Origin: Chlorokybus atmophyticus
Lineage: Eukaryota > Plantae > Mesostigma and Chlorokybus algae
Length of the DNA: 64,000 nt
Reading direction: 5' to 3'
Assembly: GCA_009103225.1 (NCBI GenBank)
Contig: RHPI01003599.1
Location: 419,859 to 483,858 of the forward strand
In this document: positions 53,161-64,000 of the stretch, in pieces
Numbering within the stretch: the stretch's first letter is position 1
Layout: each line of letters begins with the position of its first letter
Program-made: the position numbers and the translations under genes
The notes under the pieces: generated by a model
Databases searched by the model: none
What the model was told of the DNA's origin: nothing
What the model saw: the letters and a program-made list of their open reading frames with translations, nothing else

Positions 53161-54489
53161 ATGATACTACAGCACTCTATGTGGAATAGTGTTGGTGGCA
53201 CAAGGGAACTGCACAGGACTAACTTAACTAGTCATTAACCACGGTACGACATGATGTTGTACCAGCACCTCGCCGCAAGTGGTTGGTGGTCTTGATAAAT
53301 CAAGTAACGAGCTTATACCATACGTAGTGTCGGCTAATATCAACAGGCCTACTACTAGTTGCTAGTATTTACAGTGCGCCCATCTGTAGCGAGCTGTGAC
53401 AATCACACGACAGTCACATACTCCTCACACATTCCGCCAACTGGCACTTCCACGCAACACATTGTGCTTTGCATGAGCGTGATGCATCTTGCATCTTTTA
53501 TACACTCCCACGCGTCACACCGTGCTATGTAACTAAGCACACCACAGACACGCACAGTCTGCTCGGTCGTCACCGCTGTCGCCAGCCCTCCGATAGTCCA
53601 AGTACCTCCAGTAGTACTACTAGTAGCCACATTAGTAGTGGTAGCAGCAGCAACAGCAACAGCCTGTTGTCTGCTGCTGAGCAGGAGAGCTAGTACTAAC
53701 AAGAGGAGCAATAGTAGCAACTGCAGAGCTAACAACGATGTGTCGTACACAGTCAACCAGGGTCGTTTGCAACGTTGAGCCCGAGCAACAACGGTAGTAG
53801 CAACTGTACTGGTGGTACCGGTGGTGGTGGTGGTGGTGGTGGTAGTCGGTGGGCCCAAGTAAACGGCCACTAAAAGTCGCAAGCAAAAGTGATCTTGAGG
53901 CTTTGCACTCCAACAGTTGCCGCTGCTTGCCTGGCAGTCTGATATGCATGCTTACACAGCAAGGATGCACCACAATGGTAGCCTGCGTTGCTTGATACAC
54001 TTGCTGGCTTCACACGCACTTCGAGTGTCCGAGAGTACTAGTGTCCGTCAACAACAAAAGCATTCCAACAGCAAAGTCAGTCTAACAACCTGTACTTGTA
54101 GTGGCTCAGCTTCCAACCAAAGGTCACAGCCAGTCAGGGTGATAGCACACCACTGGCCCTACCGCAATAGTGGCACGCTGTACATATACTAGTGCTAATG
54201 CTAGTTTTGTCACCAAACTCTGGATTTGAGCACAGCCCTGTTCGTGGTATCATCTATAGAACACGCAGCCGAGTTGATGTCCGGCCTAAGGCAATTCTGC
54301 AGCACATTGAGCGTTTGGGCGATGAGCTCTACAATGGTGAGATGTGGGCAAGCGTGCTAAATGCATGTACGCTGCCACGTGGGCAAGTGCAAGCTTGAGA
54401 GCGTTTGCGCTTGCACATGTACATGCAGCAAGCTAGCAGGCGCTTGCACACGCATGCTTTGTTATCTCATGCACGGTGACAAGTACATG

Positions 54490-56221
54490 ATGGCAACAAG
54501 TTGCTAGCTGTGTTGTATCCTATAAGTTGGCAATCGCAGGACCGCACAGCACAGCAGCTGAGCATGCTTGCTCTGGAGTGCTGTGCTGAGCTGCTGGTGG
54601 TGGTGGCGGCGGCGGCGCGGCGAGCTGGGCTGCAGCCTCAAACGGTTGGAATGGCTTTGGCTGCTGGAGACGGTGGGGTGGGGTTTGCGCAAGGCTGTGC
54701 TGCGGCGATCGTGATGAACTTGCCTTCTGCGGTGACGGAAGCATGCGGCGCCCAGGCTACCAGTGCGTGTGTGAAGCGGGCTGACAACTAGCAAGGTAGG
54801 GGCGGAGGCACCGGTGCTATCATCACCACTTGGGTGGGGACTGCTGTCCAAGGTTGGTAGACTGCTGTTGTCAAAAGACACTGTGCTTGAGGCCGCTTCC
54901 TAACCTTGTCGTTGTCGTCCTTCAGCTTTGTCGGTGTTGAGTATGGCAGCTGCGGCTGGCAAGCAAAATTAGCCTAGCAGTGGTTTGTGCTTGATGGCAA
55001 TGCGGTCAAGCGTTAGTCGTCCTTGTAGTCGACAATGTCTTGCGGCTTTGCGAATTGCGACTGACGCCTAGCAATCATCATTGTCCTACATGGCCAACAA
55101 GAGTTTGTGTTGACAAACTAGCATTGGGTTGGCGTTGTACGACATTCTCGTTTGCATGCAGTACAGTGTACCAGCTGGCACCACAACAGCTGGCGCACTG
55201 TACTGGCATCCGGGTTAGCCGTTAGCTAGTGGGGACAAAGCAACGGGGAATAAGGTCTACTGCCAAGTAGCAGCTTCAGTAAATGGTGCGGCTCCGTCAA
55301 TGAAGCAGTACGCCAAACTTCCGTCAAGCATAGGGCTTCGGTCAGGCTTCAACTGCATGTCATTGTAAGGACTCTGCGTTATGGTTCATTGTAAAGACTC
55401 TGTGCTATGCAGAGAGGCACAATGCAGACCTGAAGTGCAGACAGGAAGACTGCTCAGAGTGCGGCTGCCAACATCCACCTGAATCACCACATCTAGCAGA
55501 CTCAAGCCAGGCACAGGTGTTGGAGGACTCGGACCTTCTACAGCTCATCCTCAGCAAGCTCTCCCCAAGGGAGCTGGCGCGCATGCGCTGCGTCAACAGC
55601 GAATGGAACCGGACCGCTCTCGCAGTTGAAGCTGAGCATTACAAGGAGCACTGGCCTGAGTTCCCAGGGCTGAAGGAGCACGTGCGCAGCTGTAACAACC
55701 TTTTTCACAACCTGCCACAACCGACACAGAGCCGCGAAAGCTGCCTGTTCTTCTGCGTGTTGCATAATGGCGACAGATACCTTCTGGTCCCGGCTGTGCG
55801 GCATAACAAGCCTGCACGCAGGCTCATTGTGACAGACGATGGGGCAGGCCTTATTATTAACATGCACAAACCGCCCACTCGCCGCAGCGGCTTCGCCTTG
55901 AAAGCGGCTGAGGACCAATTTCGGTCCTTCATGGTGAAGACCGTCCCCGGGCTATTCCAACTGCACAAAAGCGATGGCAGTCTGGGACGCGTTGACGCGC
56001 AAGTGTATGCCAATCCTTGCTTCACACATGTGGGACTTGGAGTGTGGCACTTCTTTCCAAATTTGCGGTCTGGACAGCAACGGCATGGTTGCCTTATGTT
56101 TGCGGTGGGGTTGACTGAGCATGCGCCGCTGCAGCAGGGCACTCTGACACAATCAGGTACAACCGTTCCCCTTGCTGGTTATGTAGTTGTGAGCGAGCCG
56201 TCAACTTTGCAAGCGTCATAA
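54490..56221 (+). repeat. Direct diverged copy of the 51.0-52.8 kb unit (flank plus F-box gene)
   Basis: Same order of blocks: GCACAGCACAGCAGCT..GCTCTGGAGTGCTGTGCTG, GATCGTGATGA, CCCAGGCTA.CAGTGCGTGTG, GTTGGTAGACTGCT, CCAGCTGGCACCAC, AAAGACTCT.TG and then the F-box gene. Confidence 0.85.
55422..56221 (+). pseudogene. F-box family copy 3 (5' lesions; 234-codon body still open)
   Basis: ATG-CAG-ACC-TGA (stop at codon 4 of the MQTRS motif) plus a frameshift in the leader. Then the open frame VLEDSDLLQLILSKLSPRELARMRCVNSEWNRTAL...EPSTLQAS* (55517-56221). Confidence 0.75.
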
Positions 56222-57303
56222 GTGCAGATTATGGATCAAAACCCATGCGCTTCCATGTGACTGTTGCACCTATGCATGTTCATTGCCGTTTCGCATTGTA
56301 TGTACATATCAACTCAGCACACCACATGCATGCGTTCACATATAACACCACCGGGCTACATGTTAGCCTAGCTACTCACTAAGCACGACACTAATTACCA
56401 CTTACCTGTTAGACATCATGCAGCGCATGCATGGCAATTCATAGTCTTTACCTGCACGCATGTGCAGGTAGTTAGTGTACAAAAGATGGAGTGCTGATAA
56501 GACGGCATGCAAGGGGTCATAAGCATGAGACATGCATGTAGTCATGCACACGCCGCAAGCAAACAGTCAGCAGCAGTCACAGTGCTATTTCACCACCGGG
56601 CTAGGTACTTCTAACGCACTCCACTACCACTACTTGGCTACCCCGTTAGTCATGCATGCATGCATGTATGTTCCATTATCACCTGTGGTACGGCTGTGGT
56701 AGCGGTCAGCCTTGCAGCTTCCACGACAGCAGTAGTCTCAACAAACTCCCCCCTCTCTCCCCCTTGCCGCCGCCAGCTCACTTAACGCACTGCCATCACT
56801 TAGCAGCCGCTTAGTCGTTAGGGTTTCACATGCATACGTCAGCATGACATCACACTAGCCAGGCAGGCTATCGCTGTGTATGTAGTAATCCTCTTTACCC
56901 CTACCTTTGCATACAAGCCCTTCTCAGCTGGTCGCAACCAGAGTAACCATTGGTAGTAATTGGCAATGGTGCTGCAATGGTTTGGGTTGCAGCATTGTTC
57001 TTCCACTTCAAATGGTTGGTTAGCACTTAGCCTTGCCAACTATGTACTTGGCCGGCAGCTCGCCCAGAGTACCAGTCATAGATATGTTGGATACCATACT
57101 GGCCAGTTAATGAGTCAACTTGTTGACTGGTAGCTGCGTGGTGCAACCTGCGTGGTCAAAGTTTGACCAAGCGCTATAAGCGGAATAGGGTAGCCTAAGT
57201 GGACTGCACAGGACACTGTGCAGCATCTGGACAAGCACCACACCCAAAGTGGTTGGCGCTGTCTTGTTGAACGCAGACAAAGATTAAAAACAGAGACAGG
57301 GAC

Positions 57304-58417
57304 AGGGAGCGCGGCATGCATGCTGCGCGCCAATGGGCGCAAACCCTAACGACGCAACCACAGCAGGGTGGATGGCGTAGTTGTGGGTGCAGGAGGAGGG
57401 GGAGTCCGTTGGCTGCTGCCTCGGCAAAGACTGGGCCGCTAAACCAACGGTCGTTGTGCAGGTGAACACATGTGCATGTGCATGCTTGCATGGCTAACGG
57501 GGTAGTAAGTTTAGTGTAGTGTGTTACGTAGTGAATGAACCCGGTGGTCAACCTTACAATGGTGTTGTTGGTATGCATTATGTCACTCTGCATGCTGCTG
57601 ACGGTGCATGCCACTATGCATGTGCATTTTCGTTACGCATTGTTTGTTTGCATACTACGCCCTGGCAGTCCTTCAGGCCGTCCTGAGCCACAGGCAAGCT
57701 GGGTCAGCCCACGCTTGTTGCAGGTGTGCGCAGAGCTACCCTATGCTGCGGCATGGGGAGGTTCCCTGAGTCCCTTAGGTAAGGTTGGTTGGTAATTGAT
57801 GGTGACTGTTGGGTGGTGCGAATCATTGTCTATGATAGGGTGCTTGACCGGGGGCACCATGCATGCATAGATATCAGTATAGCATAGCTAGGCAGCACCC
57901 CGTTGGCCATGTAGTGCTCGGCCGGCAGCCACAATCTCGCGCTCACACCGTGCAAGGAGCATCCGAGCAGGACTACTACGGCGAGTGCAGTACATGGGGA
58001 GCAGCGAGGTCTGCACGTGTCACCACGGTAGAGTACATAGGGAGCGCGACGTGCTGTGCGCATGCATGCTGCGCGCCAATGGGCGCAAACCCTAACGACG
58101 CAACCACAGCAGGGTGGATGGCGTAGTTGTGGGTGGAGGCGGTGATGTGGGCGGAGGAGGGGGAGTCGGTTGGCTTTGCTGCTGCTGCTGCTGCCTCGGC
58201 AAAGACTGGGCCGCAAACCAATGGCCGTTGTGCGAGTGAAGGCATGTGCGTGTGCATGCTTGCATGGCTAACGGGGTAATAGGGTTAGTTTAGTGTGTAA
58301 GGTAGTGAATGAACCAAGTGGTCAACCTTACAATGGTGTTGTTGGTATGCATTATGTCACTCTGCATGCTGCTGACGGTGCATGCCACTATGCATGTGCA
58401 TTTCCGAATCGCATTGT
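57304..58417. repeat. Diverged direct duplication (57304-57643 vs 58039-58417)
   Basis: GCATGCATGCTGCGCGCCAATGGGCGCAAACCCTAACGACGCAACCACAGCAGGGTGGATGGCGTAGTTGTGGGTG ... GGTCAACCTTACAATGGTGTTGTTGGTATGCATTATGTCACTCTGCATGCTGCTGACGGTGCATGCCACTATGCATGTGCATTT is present twice. Confidence 0.92.
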
Positions 58418-58672
58418 CTGTACACACCTCAGCAATGTTGCAAACTACCTGGGCAGCGCCATGCTAGCAGTATTTACAAGGGGGCAGGAGGGGGTGTGAT
58501 GACATACAGCTATGGCAATAACAAGTCTCCACCATGTTCACAATAATCCCTGTCCAGACAGCTCGNCCGAATCGCATTGTCTGTACACACCTCAGCAATG
58601 TTGCAAACTACCTGGGCAGCGCCATGCTAGCAGTATTTACAAGGGGGCAGGAGGGGGTGTGATGACATACAG

Positions 58673-59398
58673 CTATGGCAATAACAAGTCTCCACCATGT
58701 TCACAATAATCCCTGTCCAGACAGCTCGCATCAGTGTAGTTGAGCGCGGCCGAAAGCACTCCTAGCTGCAGTATCATGTCTGTATCGATGGTCGCCATAC
58801 ACGTCGCCACGCTGTGCGGCCAAGTGACAGTCCATGTGACCAAGCCATGAGCGTGGCCGGCCTCCCGCCTTAAGTCAGGCACAGTGCGTATCCCACGAGT
58901 GCGGGCCAACCTGCCATCCCATCTGGTCAACAAAAACAGTTCAAATGTGGTGCTGTCAGCCACGGCACAGCTGGCATCGACAACTGCGTGGCCGCAGCCT
59001 CCGGGCGGCTCGTGCAAGGTGAGACAGTACCCGCCGGATTTGATCTGTTTACAAAGGGCGGGGTTGAGCGCGGGACACCACATGTTAGGTACAAGGAGGA
59101 GGTTGCTGCCATTGCGCACGATGCAAAAGAGGAGGTGGCTGACGGGGCTGTTGGACTCGTTAGCGAGCTTCCCAAACAACTTGTAGCAGCCGTGCACGTA
59201 GTCCATCATGCCTTTGTAAGAAGGCCAATGACTCAAGTAGTGTGTTCGCTCCACCTCCAATGCGGTCTTGTTCCACACCTTGCTCACGCACCGTGCCACA
59301 GCGAGGTCGTGTGGGGACAACTTGTTGAAGATGAGATGAAGCAAGTCGCCGTCCAAGACTTGCGCACGGATGCTGGCCGTAGCGCTCCTCGTCCGCAT
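58673..59398 (-). CDS. F-box family copy 4, apparently intact intronless gene (241 aa)
   Basis: MRTRSATASIRAQVLDGDLLHLIFNKLSPHDLAVARCVSKVWNKTALEVE fits the F-box consensus. The C-terminal part (LLFCIVRNGSNLLLVP, LTLHEPP, LFLLTRWDGRLAR) aligns by eye with the other copies. The frame is uninterrupted. Confidence 0.75.
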   Translation of the reverse strand: MRTRSATASIRAQVLDGDLLHLIFNKLSPHDLAVARCVSKVWNKTALEVERTHYLSHWPSYKGMMDYVHGCYKLFGKLANESNSPVSHLLFCIVRNGSNLLLVPNMWCPALNPALCKQIKSGGYCLTLHEPPGGCGHAVVDASCAVADSTTFELFLLTRWDGRLARTRGIRTVPDLRREAGHAHGLVTWTVTWPHSVATCMATIDTDMILQLGVLSAALNYTDASCLDRDYCEHGGDLLLP

Positions 59399-61371
59399 TG
59401 CATGCACCTGAGACAGCAAACACGATGCTAAGAGTTGCATGAACACGCACATGTGCGTGATCAGGCAACGTTCAACAATGGAAACTTGCGCATGCGCATG
59501 TGCATGTGCGCATGTCGCGTGTGGGGTTTACGACATCAGGTCACACATATAATGTGTCAGTATTGCAGCACACAGAGTAGGTTGCAACTCGCGCATCTGA
59601 GGCAGCTAGAATGCTGATGCGAACTGAGCGCTAGAAGATCTGTACAACAATGCACGCCCATTCAGCAGGTGCATCAATGTGCACAGTGGCGCAAGACATA
59701 TGCTGAAATGCTGTGCTGCGCAGTACTACAACTATACGCACCTGAAACTCACAGTCCCATAATTCAGTTGGAGGTGTAGTTACTGAACTGTGAGCAAGAA
59801 CTCCAAGTGACGCTGAACTGGAGGGTTTATTTCAGACGTCACACGCATGCACACGCACGCACGCGCCGCAATGAGTGTGTGCAACTATTACATAAGCGCA
59901 CTTGAACGCTCCAACGCGCACACGCACGTGTTCGTGCACGCAAAGGCGCGTTCACACTAGAGTCAGCAACGAATGCACTATTTGCCGTCAACTTCCGCGC
60001 CTGGCATAAACGCAATTGCACAGGCATTCATTTCGATTGTGCATTGATGTGATAGCAGGCCACAACACCAACCACCATTGCAAAAGTGCGGATTGCGCAG
60101 CACTCATAAACCACCATAACGGTGATGGTGTAATTCAATCATCAACAACACCATTGCAACTATACTTAGTCCGTGGATGCTTGTTCACACACGACACGAA
60201 GTTTACTCACGCACCGTCACAGGGCTCGTTTAGCAGTAGTAGCTGCGCCTGCTTGCGGCCAGCACCAATAAGCAAGAAACCGATTGACGCCTTGACGACC
60301 TCAATGCCTTGGCCGCCTGCTGCTAAGCTTAGCCATCGCCTCTGCTGCCCGGCCTGGTCAGGCTGGCAGACCAACAGCAGTTACCTCGTTTACCAGCCTC
60401 AGCTGGACCAGACCTCTCCTCCTCCTCCTTCTCCTTCTCCTGGTCCACCACAACCACCGCCTCGCAGTCCGACAACGCCAACGCCAGTGCCAGCGGTCTG
60501 CAGCAGCATTGTGTTTCTGCGGGACGGCGGCGGCGGCGTCAGGCCGTGGTCGTGGGAGGACGCTACGGTGGTGTGGCAAGTGGCCGAGCCCGCCTGCTTG
60601 TGCTTCTGATCCTCCTCCTCCTCCTCCTCCTCCTGGGCACTGGCCAGCTCGTCATGGCCGTTGTGGCTGCCGTCCGTTGTGTAAGCAACGTATGCTGTGC
60701 GAGGCCGACCACCGCAAAAGACTGTCATAGGAGAGTTGCATTCTGCTCCAAGGTACCTGCTGTTGTATGGGTTAAGCACATCTGCAGCACGCAGTGTAGG
60801 TGATGGTGATTAATTGGAATGAACTGCGCATGGTTGGTTGTTCATAGCAAGGCTTTCCCCTGTTGGCCGATTGGCATGCATCAGGGGACCACGCCCTGGC
60901 AGGCAAGTGTACCTTGCATGCTTGACGAATGCCGTGCGCACCCCAGCATGGGCTGGCAACCCTTGGCAACCTTGCCAACCTGCGATGCATTGCTCAAGAG
61001 CATGACTTTTGTTGGCCTCTCATAAACAGACAGGCACAGATAAGTGAGCTAGAAGACCATAGTTTACGTTGGGCGAGCCTGCAAGGTTTGGTAAGATGAC
61101 GTCCCTTGGACTATAGGTCAATGTTGACTTCATCGCGCGTGCGTGCATGACTGTGGTTAGTTGCTTTGCTAAGCATACAAAAACCTATGTGGCCTATTAA
61201 GGCGATTGCATGTACAACAACCGAACACCACTACAATTGTACGGTGGTGTCACACTGCGCCAATCCCTGCCGACTATGCATCACACAGGCACGCCTCATG
61301 TAACTGCAATTACGGCCACACGCACATGTGCTACAAAAGTTGCTACCACAGAGACACCAACTTAAAAGCCC

Positions 61372-62155
61372 TTACGTGGCCTGACTTACAAGCTTAAACC
61401 CGTCAGAGGGTGCGTCTATGATTAAAGGCTCCAACCTAGCCCCCCGTATTATCCCTTCATTGAAAACCACTCCCAACTCAAAGAGAACTGACCCTTGCTG
61501 ACCAAACTGCATTATCGGAATGAAACGCCATTGCACAATGTCCCTCAGTTTTGGTGTGCCAATGATCGAATCCACAAACCCTTGTGCGCGGGTACAAAGC
61601 AGATTGCGGTCGCTTCTTCGCAGCTGGAACAGCTCTAGCATTGTCCGCTACGCCGTGACCAATTGAACATCGTCCCGTGTTATGTTATGTCCGAGTAAAT
61701 ATTGCTGCCGTTAGAAGGCATGGGATACGCCTTGAAGCCAAGGAATGTCCCATCTATAAAAAAGCTTTGCCGCACTGTAATCAGGTCATGTACTGACTCG
61801 GACACAACGGACGCATTCGCTTTGCACATGGGTGGGAACAGAAGGTAGTTGTTCGCTGCATGCAAAAGCCTTTTGCGTGCTCTGAGAAAGGACAGCTTTC
61901 CTGGCCCAGCACTAGTCTCTAAATATACTCGAACACGCTGTAACAGCTGTACACGTACTCCATATCAGTTCCGGGTACCCAGGCCAGTGCTCCTTGTAGT
62001 TGTGCAGCCTCAAGAGCAGTCCGCATCAACTTCTTGGCGCAGCACACACATGCCAGGTCCCTCAGGGAGAGCTTATTCAGGATAAGATGCGCAAGGTCTG
62101 CATCCTGCAAGACCTGACCTCGAATAGCCCTCAAGGCTGCACTTCTTGTCTACAT
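61372..62155 (-). pseudogene. F-box family copy 5 (nonsense at codon 2, frameshifts)
   Basis: ATG-TAG-ACA-AGA-AGT (M*TRSAALRAIRGQVLQDADLAHLILNKLSLRDLAC), and downstream LFQLRRSDRNL, equivalent to LFQLHKSDGSL. Confidence 0.7.
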
Positions 62156-64000
62156 TAAAGCTGCCACCTGAGGTGCATAGTTTCCAAGTTTCCTTTTCAA
62201 TGATATCTTTGCGAGACTGCTACACAATCATAAAGAAACTGAAAGCAATCGCGAGTACGGTTTCCCGTATCGGCCGACAAAATATTGGCAACGGCCGTGC
62301 ACCTGAGAATACTTAGCTGCACGGCCGTGGCTCAGTCCACCTGTAATCTCGATACAGGGACCTGATGTAATGGCCGTCACCATCAATCGACGGCCGTTTT
62401 ATAAAGGGACTGACTTAGACTGACAGGTACCTGTTAAATACTCATCAGTCAAGCAAAGGGGACTTGACCTAACTAACCGGTACCTAACAGTTAGGACTGT
62501 CCCTCAAAGGTGCCTAACTATCAGGTACCTTTGGGGTACCTGATGGTACTTTCAAGATACCTGACGTTAATGTCCCCAGTACCTACCGGTACCGTTTAGT
62601 CATGAGCAGGTGCTGCATGCATGTGATTGACGTCAACTGTGAAAGAGAGAGAGACGGCGAGTCACGAGCTTGACTGATCCACAAAATAGAAATAGCAATA
62701 AATCACATTACAACATGTTGCTACGCTACAATGTAAACTACATTAAGCTACTACTATTACTACTACTACCCCCATACTCTACCCTTATACTTAGCAGCCG
62801 CTTCGCCGCTCCTCCTCCTCCGCCGCCGCCTCGGCGCTTCTAATCCGCTTGGCCTGGGCGGCAAGGGCGTAAACACAACGGCATCATACACCATGACACA
62901 TATTAACAAACTCACCTACCATACCATTGCCGCCGCCGCCGCCTTAGACTGGCTTAGCCTAGCCTGGCCTGCAAGAAGGGCGGTTGGGTTGCGCTGTTGC
63001 ACTTAACATGACATTGTGCATACAACTCAACTACTCTATGTACACACATATTGATAAACTCACCAACTGCCGCTGCCGTCGTCGCCGCCGCCACACAACT
63101 GTCCTCGAACATGAAGCCGTTCAGCGCTGCTGCGTTTCAAACGCCCACCGGCATCAAGTTTAATGGTATGATCCTACCATCAAAATAGTACGACGGCTTA
63201 ATTGTACAATCAAAAGATGAAAACCGTAGATGATACTTTGATGAAATTGTTGTACCATCGCAATGGTACCATTGTTTCATTAAGTGTGCCGAGTATAACT
63301 AACCGGACTGATAGATACTCGCCGCCATTGCTCGTCACTCTTAGGAGACTTAGTTGGAATTGAGTGAACTTGCTTGCCAATGTAGATTAGTCGCCGCCGC
63401 GGCTTATGTACGGCCGAAGGGCCGGCCGCGGGTCAACTCTGACTCATTAGTATCGACCGTCGCCATTAGGGGCTTGAACATACATTGGAACGCCATAACA
63501 GGTAGGTCGCCGTTACGGAAGCTGTATGACCGACGGTCGGCCGTCAAAATAGATTGCTGTCATGTCATCACCGGTAGGCAACAGTCCACTGTACTGTACG
63601 ATAGGCGGTTGGCAATTAAGTAGGGTCCATAACATGCACCGGTAGTTCATTCAGTCCCTTTATGGTCCAAGTTGTTACGTCCGCTAGGGTCAGATATGGT
63701 CAGTCACCTGACCATCCCTCAATCTCTTATTAGTCATCGTGTAAAATTTGTGACGAAGCAGCTATGGCTCATTCACACAATGCTCACTTACTTGTGACAC
63801 ACGCTCGTCAACAGAATGTCAAGCAGTTTTGGTGCTGGGTTGGCACAGGCGCCTCCTGGTTGCCGCCAGCCAGCGCAACTAAGGCAGCACTCATCGCTTT
63901 GCAAGCTCGCCATCACGTCTCAGCTGATGCAGTAAACACAAAGGCTGCTGGCAGGCTTGCCAGTTGCAACCATGGACGGGACCATTTTAAAATCTCGCCC

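Noticed and set aside
58404-58728. Perfect 162-bp tandem duplication (58404-58565 and 58567-58728)
   Set aside because: The two identical copies are separated by a single N, the signature of overlapping contig ends joined in scaffolding. It is probably an assembly artefact.
60016-60779. Overlapping 197-aa and 126-aa ORFs between F-box copies 4 and 5
   Set aside because: They are low-complexity with no recognisable domain or splice model, so they are not called as CDS. They are noted only as a possible further copy of the upstream module.

Overview
Eukaryotic nuclear DNA with intron-rich genes, two N-gaps and long simple-sequence tracts. The source is most likely a flagellate-stage green alga (Viridiplantae). 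This is inferred from a plant-type SMO2, an N-myristoylated CPYC glutaredoxin, telo-box motifs and an intact ciliary DAW1/ODA16. The central ~37 kb (11.9-48.4 kb) holds 12 multi-exon genes that I spliced by hand: RPS26, CCT4, a glutaredoxin, two SDRs, ZPR1, SMO2, a cNMP-binding protein, DAW1, a TauD-like dioxygenase, an EGF plus GH43-like propeller protein and SPT4. Most are arranged as tight head-to-head pairs. The left 11 kb holds a decayed alpha/beta-hydrolase, two related coiled-coil gene copies and a probable MITE. The right 15 kb is an accessory region with five copies of an intronless F-box gene family (M[QR]TRSA N-terminus plus an unrecognised C-terminal domain), of which only one copy is clearly intact. 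The family was spread by an inverted and a direct segmental duplication. Other signals are repeated perfect short-loop palindromes (one derived relative to its paralogs) and six GC-AG introns. No rRNA, tRNA or CRISPR array was recognised. All family assignments come from motif recognition by eye, with no database searches.
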